Assembly: GCF_001598795.1 (NCBI RefSeq)
Contig: NZ_BCZP01000007.1
Location: forward strand, 180,001 to 212,000
DNA length: 32,000 nt
From: Delftia acidovorans NBRC 14950
Lineage (GTDB): Bacteria > Pseudomonadota > Gammaproteobacteria > Burkholderiales > Burkholderiaceae_C
Direction: 5' to 3'
The notes below the pieces were generated by a model that was given only the letters and a program-made list of their open reading frames with translations, searched no databases and had not been told where the DNA came from. Each line of letters begins with the position of its first letter. Positions within the stretch are counted from its first letter, which is position 1. This document shows positions 22,736-30,941 of the stretch, piece after piece. A program made the translations under genes and the position numbers.

Positions 22736-25351
22736 TCAGCGCCCGGCCGCCTGCCGCAGGATGGAAGGAATCACGCCGCCGCTGCGCAGCAGCCCGGCCT
22801 CCAGCTGCGTCTCCACGGCGGCCGTGGCCTGCAGCGCCTGCACGCTGCCATCGCCGCGCAGTATGCGCACGGGCACGGCACAGCGCGGCGCCAGGGCGTC
22901 GGACGGTGCATCGATCTCGATACGGTCGCCCGGCTGTAGCGCCAGTTCCTGCGGCCCCATGCCCGCAGGCAAGCGCAGCGGCACGATGCCCATGCCGATG
23001 AGGTTGGAGCGGTGGATGCGCTCGAAGCTCAGGGCCAGCACGGCACGTATGCCCAGCAGGCGCTGGCCCTTGGCGGCCCAGTCGCGCGAGGAGCCCGTGC
23101 CGTAGCGCTCGCCGGCCACCAGCACCACGGACTGGCCCGCCTTGCGGTAGCGCTGCGCGATGTCCCACAGCGGCGCTATCTCGCCCGACGGTGCATGCAG
23201 GCCATGGGCCACGGGGGCACCGGGCGCCAGCAGGTTCTTCAGCGTCTTGCTGTGAAAGGCCGCCCGCACCATCACCTCCCAGTTGCCGCGCCGCGACGCG
23301 AAGACGTTGAGATCACCCCGGTCGTCGCCGCGCTCCACCAGGAAATCGGCCACCAGGCTGTCGGGCGGGATGGCGCTGGCCGGCGAGATATGGTCCGTGG
23401 TGATGTCGTCGCCCACCACCAGCAGCGGGTGGGCCTGGTAGCGGCCCAGCTGGCTGCCCTCGGACAGCGCGGCAAAGGGCGGGCGGCGCAGCGCGGTGGA
23501 CCGCGCGTCCCAGGGAAACAACGGCCCCTCGGGCGCCTTCAGCGCATGCCAGGCCGGGTTGAGCGTGGCCCGCGCGAAGTCGCGGCCGAAGTCCTGCGGG
23601 TGCAGGCCCAGCGCCAGCGCCGCCTGGACTTCCTCGCGGGTGGGCATGAGGTCGGCCAGGAACACGGGCCGGCCATCGGCCAGGCGCTGCACGGGCTCCA
23701 GGCGCAGGTTGCGGGCCGCGTCGCCGGCCAGACCGAAGGCGATGACCAGGGACGGCGACATGATGAAGCTCAGCTCGATGTCCGGATGCACGCGGCCCGG
23801 GAAATTCCGGTTGCCCGACAAAATGGCCACGGCCTTGGCCTGGCCGGCGCGCTGGGCCTGGCGCACCGGCTCTGTCAGCGGGCCGGGGTTGCCGATGCAG
23901 GTGGTGCAGCCGTAGCCCACGATGCCGAAGCCCACGGCCTCCAGGTCCTGCAGCAGCCCGGCGCGCGCCAGATAGGAGGCAGCCGCCGGCGAGCCCGGTG
24001 CCAGCGATGTCTTGACCCATGCGGGGACCTTCAGCCCCAGCGCCCGCGCCTTGCGCGCCACCAGCCCGGCGGCGACCAGCAGCGCGGGATCCGAGGTATT
24101 GGTGCAGCTGGTGATGGCGGCCAGCGCCACGGCATGGCGCGGCAACCCGGCCTGCGCGCCGGACGCAACAAAGCCCACGGCCTGCAGCGCGCGGGCGCTG
24201 TCGCCATAGTCCAGCAGGTCCTGCGGGCGGCGCGGACCGGCAATGTGCCAGCCCACGGTGTCCAGGTCGATCTCGATCTGGCGTGTGTAGCGCGGCCGGG
24301 CCTGCGGATCGAACCACAGGCCCTGGGCACGCATATAGGCCTCGACCAGGGCGACGCGCTGTGGGCTGCGGCCCGTGGCGCGCAGGTAGTCAAGCGTCTG
24401 GCCATCGACCGCGAAGTAGCCCGTGGTGGCGCCGTACTCGGGCGCCATGTTGGCCACCACGCTGCGCTGGCCCGCCGTCAGCGTGGACACGCCGGGGCCG
24501 AAGTACTCGACGAACTCGCCGGCCACGCCCAGGGCGCGCAGCCGCTGGGTGGCGACCAGGGCCAGGTCGCTGGCCTGCACGCCGGGGCGCAACGCGCCGG
24601 TCAGCCGCACGCCGATGACATCGGGGATGCGCAGCATGGTGGGCATGCCGAACATCACGGTCTGCGCCTCCAGCCCGCCAACGCCCCAGCCCAGCACGCC
24701 GATGCCGTTGACCATGGGTGTGTGGCTGTCCGTGCCCAGCATCATGTCGGGCACGGCCCAGAGCCTGCCGCCGCGCTCCTCGGTGGTCACCACGGTGGCC
24801 AGCTGCTCCAGGTTGATGGTGTGCATGATCCCCGTGCCCGGCGGGTGGATGGTCACATGGGCCAGGGCCCTGGAAGCCCAGCGCAGGAAGCGGTAGCGCT
24901 CGGCATTGCGCCGTATCTCGTGCTCCAGGTTGGCCTGGGCGGCGCCCGGCGCTGCATAGGCCTCCACGGCCAGCGAGTGGTCCACCGACACATCGACGGG
25001 CAGCACCGGATTGAGCACGGCCGGATCCACGCCCTCTTCGTGCAGCGCGTCGCGCATGGCCGCGATGTCGACCAGCGCCGGCGTGCTGGTGGTGTCGTGC
25101 ATGAGCACGCGGCCCGGCTGGAAGGCGATCTCGGCCTCGCTGCTGCCGTGATCCATCCAGGCCCGCAGGGCAGCCACGGCAGCGTCCCTTTCCTGCCCCT
25201 CCATGTGGCGCAGCACGTTCTCCAGCAACAACCTGAGCACCACGGGCAGGCGCGGCAGGCACTCGCCCAGCACGCCCGGCACATCGGCGGCGTGGTAGCG
25301 GACTCCGTCCAGTTCAAGGACGCGGGAAAAGGGGTTCTCGGTGTTTTCCAT
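22736..25351 (-). CDS. Aconitate hydratase family protein (AcnA-type, 871 aa)
   Basis: Start at MENTENPF (25351). Contains LLENVLRH, MHDTTSTPALVD, PGTGIMHTINLEQLA and GTDSHT. The Fe-S ligand cysteines are present in ITSCTNTS and YGCTTCIGN. A swivel domain is present. Confidence 0.9.
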   Translation of the reverse strand: MENTENPFSRVLELDGVRYHAADVPGVLGECLPRLPVVLRLLLENVLRHMEGQERDAAVAALRAWMDHGSSEAEIAFQPGRVLMHDTTSTPALVDIAAMRDALHEEGVDPAVLNPVLPVDVSVDHSLAVEAYAAPGAAQANLEHEIRRNAERYRFLRWASRALAHVTIHPPGTGIMHTINLEQLATVVTTEERGGRLWAVPDMMLGTDSHTPMVNGIGVLGWGVGGLEAQTVMFGMPTMLRIPDVIGVRLTGALRPGVQASDLALVATQRLRALGVAGEFVEYFGPGVSTLTAGQRSVVANMAPEYGATTGYFAVDGQTLDYLRATGRSPQRVALVEAYMRAQGLWFDPQARPRYTRQIEIDLDTVGWHIAGPRRPQDLLDYGDSARALQAVGFVASGAQAGLPRHAVALAAITSCTNTSDPALLVAAGLVARKARALGLKVPAWVKTSLAPGSPAAASYLARAGLLQDLEAVGFGIVGYGCTTCIGNPGPLTEPVRQAQRAGQAKAVAILSGNRNFPGRVHPDIELSFIMSPSLVIAFGLAGDAARNLRLEPVQRLADGRPVFLADLMPTREEVQAALALGLHPQDFGRDFARATLNPAWHALKAPEGPLFPWDARSTALRRPPFAALSEGSQLGRYQAHPLLVVGDDITTDHISPASAIPPDSLVADFLVERGDDRGDLNVFASRRGNWEVMVRAAFHSKTLKNLLAPGAPVAHGLHAPSGEIAPLWDIAQRYRKAGQSVVLVAGERYGTGSSRDWAAKGQRLLGIRAVLALSFERIHRSNLIGMGIVPLRLPAGMGPQELALQPGDRIEIDAPSDALAPRCAVPVRILRGDGSVQALQATAAVETQLEAGLLRSGGVIPSILRQAAGR

Positions 25352-25361
25352 AGCTGATATT

Positions 25362-25387
25362 TTGCATTTTGAATTTCTAAAATGCAA
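25362..25387. promoter_or_regulatory. Inverted repeat TTGCATTTT-N8-AAAATGCAA in the divergent aconitase/Bug promoter region; candidate GntR operator
   Basis: Read directly in the 97-bp AT-rich intergenic region. The left arm starts 11 nt from the aconitase start codon. Confidence 0.4.
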
Positions 25388-25448
25388 TCGAACGCCTCAT
25401 CTCGCTTTCCCTGAAACCCCGGCTAAAAGGCCGCCAAGGAGTTTTGAC

Positions 25449-26453
25449 ATGTCCGCTCCCTCCCGCCGCAGCTTGCTGCGCAACCTGGGCACCGCGCTGC
25501 TCGCCGGCCTCATCAGCCTCATCGGCAGCCTGCCCGCTGCGGCCCATGACGCGCCGCAGCGCAGCATCACTCTCGTGGTTCCCTTCACGGCAGGTGGCGG
25601 TGTCGACGCCATGGCCCGGCTGCTGGCCGAGCGGCTGCGCGTGACGCTCAAGCAGCCGGTGGTGGTGGACAACAGGCCCGGCGCCAGCGGCATGCTGGGC
25701 GCAGGGGCCGTGGCACGCGCGGCGGGCGACGGCCACACGCTGCTGCTGGGCTCGGCCGGCGAAACCGCCATCGCCCCGCTGGTGCACCAGGGCCGCATGC
25801 CCTACCAGCCGTCCCGCGACCTGGCGCCCCTGACCCTGGTCACGCGCGTGCCCAACGTACTGGTGGCCTCGCCCGGCCTGCCGGCCAGCAACATCGATGA
25901 ACTGGTGCGCCTGGCCAAGGCCAGCCCCGGCAAGCTCGGCTACGCCACCAGCGGCGTGGGCAATCCCCAGCACCTCAATGGCGAGCTGCTGCAGTCGCTG
26001 GCCGGCATTCGGCTGAACCACGTGCCCTACCGGGGCGCGGCCAACCAGCTGGTGGACGTGTCCTCGGGCGTGGTCGAACTGGCCTTCGTCAGCTACGCGG
26101 GGGCCGCGCCCTTCATCAAGAGCGGCCGTGTCAAGGCGCTGGCGGTGACTTCAGCGCAGCGCGCCAGCTTCGCCCCCGGCATTGCCGCCATTGCCGAGTC
26201 GACGGGCCTGGCCTCCTACGACCTGGACAACTGGTTCGGCCTCTTCGCGCCCGCCTCCACGCCGCCGGCCGTCCAGGCGCGGCTGCATGCGGCGGTGGTC
26301 AATGCGCTCAAGGACCCCGCGCTGGCGCAGCGCCTGCGCGAACTGGGCGGCGAGCCCGCTCCCATGTCCCAGCAGCAGTTCAGGGACTTCATCGCCGCCG
26401 AGACCGCCAGGTACGCCGCCATCGTGACCTCGGCCCGCATCGTGGCCGAGTGA
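25449..26453 (+). CDS. Bug/TctC-family periplasmic substrate-binding protein
   Basis: AAGGAG at 25436-25441. Signal peptide MSAPSRRSLLRNLGTALLAGLISLIGSLPAAA. Motifs VPFTAGGGVD, DNRPGASG and VPYRGA are present. Confidence 0.9.
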   Translation: MSAPSRRSLLRNLGTALLAGLISLIGSLPAAAHDAPQRSITLVVPFTAGGGVDAMARLLAERLRVTLKQPVVVDNRPGASGMLGAGAVARAAGDGHTLLLGSAGETAIAPLVHQGRMPYQPSRDLAPLTLVTRVPNVLVASPGLPASNIDELVRLAKASPGKLGYATSGVGNPQHLNGELLQSLAGIRLNHVPYRGAANQLVDVSSGVVELAFVSYAGAAPFIKSGRVKALAVTSAQRASFAPGIAAIAESTGLASYDLDNWFGLFAPASTPPAVQARLHAAVVNALKDPALAQRLRELGGEPAPMSQQQFRDFIAAETARYAAIVTSARIVAE

Positions 26454-26510
26454 GGGCGCGCGCCCTTTCCCGGCATTTGCCTTTCCCTTCAGAAAACCAC
26501 AGGAGACGAC

Positions 26511-27494
26511 ATGCAGCTTCATCCCGCGCTGGCCGCCACGGCCGCCGCCATCCTGGTCCTGGCTTCGGCCACGGCCCGATCCCAGACCGCCCCCGACGGC
26601 TACCCGGTCCGCGCCGTCACCATCGTCGTGCCCTTCGCGGCCGGCGGAAACACCGACGTCAAGACCCGGCTCGTGGCCAGGCAGCTGGCGCAGATACTGG
26701 GCCAGCCCGTGATCGTGGACAACAAGCCCGGCGCCAGCGGCAACATCGGAATGGAGTTCGTGGGCCGCGCCGCAGCCGACGGCTACACCATCGCCATGGG
26801 CAGCTTCGGGCCGCTGGCCGTCAACCCCTGGATCTATCCCAGGCTCAACTTCGATCCCAAGACCTTTGTCCCCATCATCCTGCTGGAGAAAAGCCCACTG
26901 GTGCTGGTCACGCCCGCCGACAAACCCTATCGCAGCGTGGCCGATGTGGTGACGGCCGCCAAGGACAGGCCGGGGCAGCTGAACATCGCCAATGCAGGGC
27001 CGGGCGGCGCGCACCATCTCTCGGCCGAGCTTTTCGAGGCGGCGGCAGGCCTGGACATGGTCGGCGTGCCCTTCAAGGGCGGTGGCCCCGCCGCCACCGC
27101 CCTGCTGTCGGGACAGGTGGACCTGATGTTCGAGCAGACCGGTGCGGCAGCGCCCTCCATACAGGCGCGCAAGATCCGCGCGCTGGGTGTGACCTCGGCA
27201 CAGCGCCTGGCCATGCTCCCTGACGTCCCCACCTTCGCCGAGTCCGGCTTCCCCCAGGTCACCGTCTCCAACTGGATGGGCTATGTGGCGCCCAAAGGCA
27301 CGCCGCCCGAGATCGTGGCCCGGCTCAACAAGGCGTTCGCCAAGGCCATGGAGCACCCGGAAGTCCGGGAACGCATCGTCTCCCAGGGCAACGAGTTCGG
27401 CGGCGGCAGCAGCCAGGAGTTCGCCGCCTTCATCGACAGCGAAGCCGCCAAGTGGGGCCGGCTGGTGAAGGAGCGCGGAATCCGAAGGGACTGA
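26511..27494 (+). CDS. Bug/TctC-family periplasmic substrate-binding protein (second, paralogous)
   Basis: AGGAGA lies upstream. Signal peptide MQLHPALAATAAAILVLASATARS. Motifs VPFAAGGNTD, DNKPGASG and VPFKGG are present. Confidence 0.9.
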   Translation: MQLHPALAATAAAILVLASATARSQTAPDGYPVRAVTIVVPFAAGGNTDVKTRLVARQLAQILGQPVIVDNKPGASGNIGMEFVGRAAADGYTIAMGSFGPLAVNPWIYPRLNFDPKTFVPIILLEKSPLVLVTPADKPYRSVADVVTAAKDRPGQLNIANAGPGGAHHLSAELFEAAAGLDMVGVPFKGGGPAATALLSGQVDLMFEQTGAAAPSIQARKIRALGVTSAQRLAMLPDVPTFAESGFPQVTVSNWMGYVAPKGTPPEIVARLNKAFAKAMEHPEVRERIVSQGNEFGGGSSQEFAAFIDSEAAKWGRLVKERGIRRD

Positions 27495-27526
27495 GCGAAA
27501 GGCGGGACCTCCCCTCCACCCCCGAC

Positions 27527-28672
27527 CTATCCCTCATTGACCAGCAACGACAGTGCATGCGCCTCGGTAGGCAAAGGCACATCCCAGCGCTGCAGCAGGC
27601 TGAGCAGGGCCGCGTTGGTCAGCGTGGTGTCGCGCGCGCGGTTGCGGGCCAGCAGGGTTGGGCGGCTGGCTTCCAGGTGCACGAGTTCCACGCGGGCGCC
27701 GTAGGCCAGGCACAGGTCCACGGTCTTGCCGCGCATCTGGCGCGACAGGTGGGTGGCATTCCAGACAAAGGGCTGGCCCGCGCGCAGCAGGGCCTTGGCC
27801 TTGTCCACGGCGTGGTGGGCGGCCGCGCCCTCGTTCTGGCCGTGGCGCAGGCCCAGCTCCGTACGCGCATCGTCGAAGGAGACCACGGGCAGGTCGCCAT
27901 GGTGGGCGGCCACCCAGGTGTTCTTGCCGCTGGCCGGCAGGCCGCACATGACGATGGCGCGCGAGCCGGCCTGCTCGTGCAGCGCATAGTCGGGATGCAG
28001 CTGCGCGCCGCGGAAGTAGCGCACCGCCGTCTCGGCCGAGGCAAAGCGGCGTGGCGTGCGTAGGCAGCCCTCCTCCAGCGCGAACTCGCGCACCAGTTCG
28101 ATGTTGACCAGCACGGACGCAATGTCCGGGCAGATGCGCCCGCGCATGTCGGCGCGCGCCAGCAGCGTGAGCAGGTGCAGGTCCGTCTGCCAGGACAGCT
28201 CGCGCACGATGAACTCGGGCGAGAGGCCGCGGCGCGAATCGGCAAAGGCGAAGAACGGCACCTGGTGCACGGCGATCAGCCGGCAGATGGCCTCGCGCTG
28301 GTCCACGGGCGCGCCGGCTTCCCAGAGCATGAGCCGCGCATCCAGCGCACCCCGGCGCGAATGGCCGGGCTGGCCGATGCGGCCGTCCTCGCCCACCACG
28401 GTGGTCGAGCACTTGGCCACGTCGTGCAGCAGCGCGGCCAGGAAGACCGTCTCGCGCTCGGTGGCGGTGAGCGCCGCATGGCCGGGGTCGGCCAGCAGTT
28501 CGCGCACCACCATCTGCGTGTGCGTCCAGACATCGCCTTCGGCGTGGTAGACCGGGTCCTGCGGCGTGGTTTTGGCCTGCTCCAGCTGGGGGAAGGCGGC
28601 CAGGCAGGCCGCGAAGTCGGGGTCGGCGCCGGGCTGCGGCACCAGGGACTGGATCTGTTTCCAGTTCGTCAT
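27527..28672 (-). CDS. HD-domain phosphoesterase fused to a P-loop polynucleotide-kinase-like domain (HD-Pnk architecture)
   Basis: 381 aa, with AAGGAGA upstream of the ATG. The N-terminal HD domain has YHAEGDVWTHT (His43) and LLHDVAK (His83-Asp84). The C-terminal kinase has Walker A GLPASGKNT (244-252), the phosphoacceptor Asp context VVSFDDAR and the lid Arg context NATHLSRQMRGK. Confidence 0.8.
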   Translation of the reverse strand: MTNWKQIQSLVPQPGADPDFAACLAAFPQLEQAKTTPQDPVYHAEGDVWTHTQMVVRELLADPGHAALTATERETVFLAALLHDVAKCSTTVVGEDGRIGQPGHSRRGALDARLMLWEAGAPVDQREAICRLIAVHQVPFFAFADSRRGLSPEFIVRELSWQTDLHLLTLLARADMRGRICPDIASVLVNIELVREFALEEGCLRTPRRFASAETAVRYFRGAQLHPDYALHEQAGSRAIVMCGLPASGKNTWVAAHHGDLPVVSFDDARTELGLRHGQNEGAAAHHAVDKAKALLRAGQPFVWNATHLSRQMRGKTVDLCLAYGARVELVHLEASRPTLLARNRARDTTLTNAALLSLLQRWDVPLPTEAHALSLLVNEG

Positions 28673-28707
28673 GGAAATCTCCTTGCGATGGGTCTGCGCT
28701 GCAGGCC

Positions 28708-29562
28708 TCACCAGCTTTTTGAAATATCGGCCGCAAAGATGTCTGCGCCTTCGCGCAGCCCGTTGGGGACGATGGGCCGCTCGCTGTGGTGCGAACCCGA
28801 GTCGAGGATGACCTGCACGAAGTCCGGCCGCACGAACTTGTAGCGCGCCACGGTCTGGCCGTCCTCCTCCACCTTGAGGTAGAGGCCTTCGGCCAGCTCG
28901 GAGCCGTCGGTCTGCCGCCAGCACAGCGGCAGGTCCAGCTTCTGGCGGGCCACCACCTGCTCGAAGGCCTGGCGCCAGCGCGCGCTGCGGCCCAGCGAGG
29001 GGGCCAGCAGCGCCAGCAGGTCCTGCATGCGCCGGGGCGCCGCCCCGCTGTAGAGCACGGGCACCGAGACCACGGGCACGCCGGCCAGCAGAGCATGGCG
29101 GCGCGGCGTGTCCAGGAAGCACTGCGCCGAGCGGTCCCAGATGTCGAACTCGCAGAACCAGTGCGGCAGCGCGTCGTAGAACAGCGAGTGCTTGGCATAC
29201 ATCCACTCGCCAAACACCTGGTAGCGGTCGTCCAGCAGGGACAGCAGCGCGCCCTCGTGGGCCTGGGCCCATTGCTTGAAGAGGTTGAACTGGCGCTCGC
29301 GCCCGCCGGGCCGCTCGCTGTCCAGGTAGTGGCCGCGCGACTGCAGCAGCAGCTGGCCGTCGCCGGCAAAGCTCAGCGCGGCGTTGGCGCCGTCGAGCTT
29401 TTCCTCGACGACGATGTGCCGGCCGGCCAGCCGCTCATAGGGCACGGCGTCGTCCTGGTCACCGGCCTGCAGGCGCGAGCCGCGCAGGTGCGGCGTACGG
29501 GGGTACTTGAGGATCTCGATGCTCGAAAGAAAACGAGGGCCTGGAGAAATGGATGGGGTCAT
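28708..29562 (-). CDS. ATP-dependent RNA ligase family protein (Rnl2-like nucleotidyltransferase domain only)
   Basis: 284 aa from MTPSISPG. The N-terminal region contains KYPRTPHL. Motif I is EEKLDGAN (Lys55), motif III-like is VFGEWMY, motif IV-like is EGLYLKV and motif V-like is ARYKFVR. It lies 35 nt upstream of the HD-kinase gene on the same strand. Confidence 0.8.
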   Translation of the reverse strand: MTPSISPGPRFLSSIEILKYPRTPHLRGSRLQAGDQDDAVPYERLAGRHIVVEEKLDGANAALSFAGDGQLLLQSRGHYLDSERPGGRERQFNLFKQWAQAHEGALLSLLDDRYQVFGEWMYAKHSLFYDALPHWFCEFDIWDRSAQCFLDTPRRHALLAGVPVVSVPVLYSGAAPRRMQDLLALLAPSLGRSARWRQAFEQVVARQKLDLPLCWRQTDGSELAEGLYLKVEEDGQTVARYKFVRPDFVQVILDSGSHHSERPIVPNGLREGADIFAADISKSW

Positions 29563-29973
29563 GTCGTGCTTTCCGAAAACGATGCAGCACCCCACGGCGC
29601 CATGCCATGGGGCGGGAAAAGCCGACGACGACGCCAGGCGCCGCAATGCAGGGGATGCAGCGACAGCGCGGCCTGGCCCGTGGTGGCCGGGCCGGCAGGC
29701 TGTCGAAGGGGAAGATGGCAGGACTGTCGGCGCCGTCCGCAAACCGGACGGTCAGCCGCAAGCCCTCAAAAGGCCACGCACCGCAGCGCACACGCAAAAG
29801 ACATCCGGGGCAAGGCCAGGATCAGCGTGTGACGAAGTCGTTCAGCAGGAAGCTGTGCGGCGGGGCATGGTGCACCTCGAAAGGGTGAGGGTGGATGGGA
29901 GGGGTGCGAGTCTATCGCCCGTTGGCCCGCAGGCACAAGCGGCTGCGCACCATGCCGGGCCGATTGTTGGCTG

Positions 29974-30831
29974 CTAGCCACGCACGGCGGACTTGAAGGC
30001 GGCGCCCAGCGCATCCAGCGCCGCGCGCGGCCGGCCTTCGCGCACGCGGGTGTGCAGCAGCACGGGCAGGCGCGGCAGCGTGGGCAGGCCCAGGCGCGGG
30101 CCCACGTCCACGGCGCCCAGGGCCAGCATGCGCGGCGCCAGCGCGGCCACGCCCAGCCCCGCCATGACGGCGGCCGAGACAGCGGCTACGCCGCCGCCCA
30201 CGAACACCTCGGTCCACGGCATGCGCGCCGTATCCAGCAGTTGCCCGGCCATGGCGCGCACGCCGCAGGGCTCGGCCAGCGTGGCCAGCGGCAGGGGCTC
30301 GCCCGCGCGGTGCTGCCAGCCGGGCGCGGCAAACCAGCCGAAGGGCTCCTCGGCCAGCAGCTCGCCGTCGTCACGCCCGGCATGCGTGCGAACGATCACC
30401 GTGTCGTATTCGCGCCGGTCAAACCCCTGCAGCAGCGGGCCGGACGATGCGATGCGGATGTCGATCAGCAGCTGCGGGTCCTGCGCATTCATGCGGGCGA
30501 TCAGTGCGGGCAGCTCAGGCCCGGCCACGTGGTCGCTGATGCCGATGGTCAGCCGCTGGCGCGTGCTGACGGCCAGCGCCAGTGCGCGCTCATGGGCCTG
30601 CAACAGTTCGCGCGCATGGGGCAGGAAGTCGGCGCCCAGCGCGGACAGCTGCACATGGCGCGGCGTGCGCTCGACCAGCCTGCAGCCCAGCCGCTGCTCC
30701 AGCCGCTTGAGCTTGAGGCTGACGGCAGCCTGCGTGGTCTGCATGGCTTCGGCCGCGCGCGTGAAGCTGCCCAGGTCCGCGATGTGCACGAAGCCTTGCA
30801 CGGCATCCAGGTCCAGAGGTCGTTGAATCAT
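29974..30831 (-). CDS. LysR-family transcriptional regulator
   Basis: HTH region LDAVQGFVHIADLGSFTRAAEAMQTTQAAVSLKLKRLEQRLGCRLVERTPRHVQLSALG plus an effector domain. It is divergent from the tautomerase gene. Confidence 0.9.
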   Translation of the reverse strand: MIQRPLDLDAVQGFVHIADLGSFTRAAEAMQTTQAAVSLKLKRLEQRLGCRLVERTPRHVQLSALGADFLPHARELLQAHERALALAVSTRQRLTIGISDHVAGPELPALIARMNAQDPQLLIDIRIASSGPLLQGFDRREYDTVIVRTHAGRDDGELLAEEPFGWFAAPGWQHRAGEPLPLATLAEPCGVRAMAGQLLDTARMPWTEVFVGGGVAAVSAAVMAGLGVAALAPRMLALGAVDVGPRLGLPTLPRLPVLLHTRVREGRPRAALDALGAAFKSAVRG

Positions 30832-30842
30832 TTCAATCCATT

Positions 30843-30860
30843 ATTACTGATATCAGCAAT
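30843..30860. promoter_or_regulatory. Near-perfect 18-bp palindrome ATTACTGATATCAGCAAT (core CTGATATCAG), LysR-box-like, in the divergent promoter
   Basis: Read directly. It begins 12 nt from the LysR start codon, in an AT-rich patch, and has T-N11-A-type dyad symmetry. Confidence 0.45.
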
Positions 30861-30941
30861 CATGGCTTTTCAAAATATCTGGCGCGGCCTACCTTCGAGG
30901 CTCCCACAACGCAAAGCAACGCAACGCAAAGGAGCCACACC

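Noticed and set aside
27495-27526. G-rich tract on the minus strand (GGGGGTGGAGGGGAGG) after the HD-kinase stop, considered as a second G-quadruplex.
   Set aside because: Only two tracts have three or more Gs and the others are GG, so it does not meet the canonical four-tract pattern, unlike 29883-29904.
29459-29797. 112-aa minus-strand ORF (MRVRCGAWPFEGLRLTVRFADGADSPAIFPFD...) in the gap upstream of the RNA ligase. The + strand ORFs 29507..29977 and 29553..29888 were also considered.
   Set aside because: It uses a non-ATG start, overlaps the ligase start in another frame, and has an Arg/Pro/Cys-rich second half with no motif. The first about 40 codons have fairly high GC3, so a decayed gene remnant cannot be excluded, but I cannot support a CDS call.
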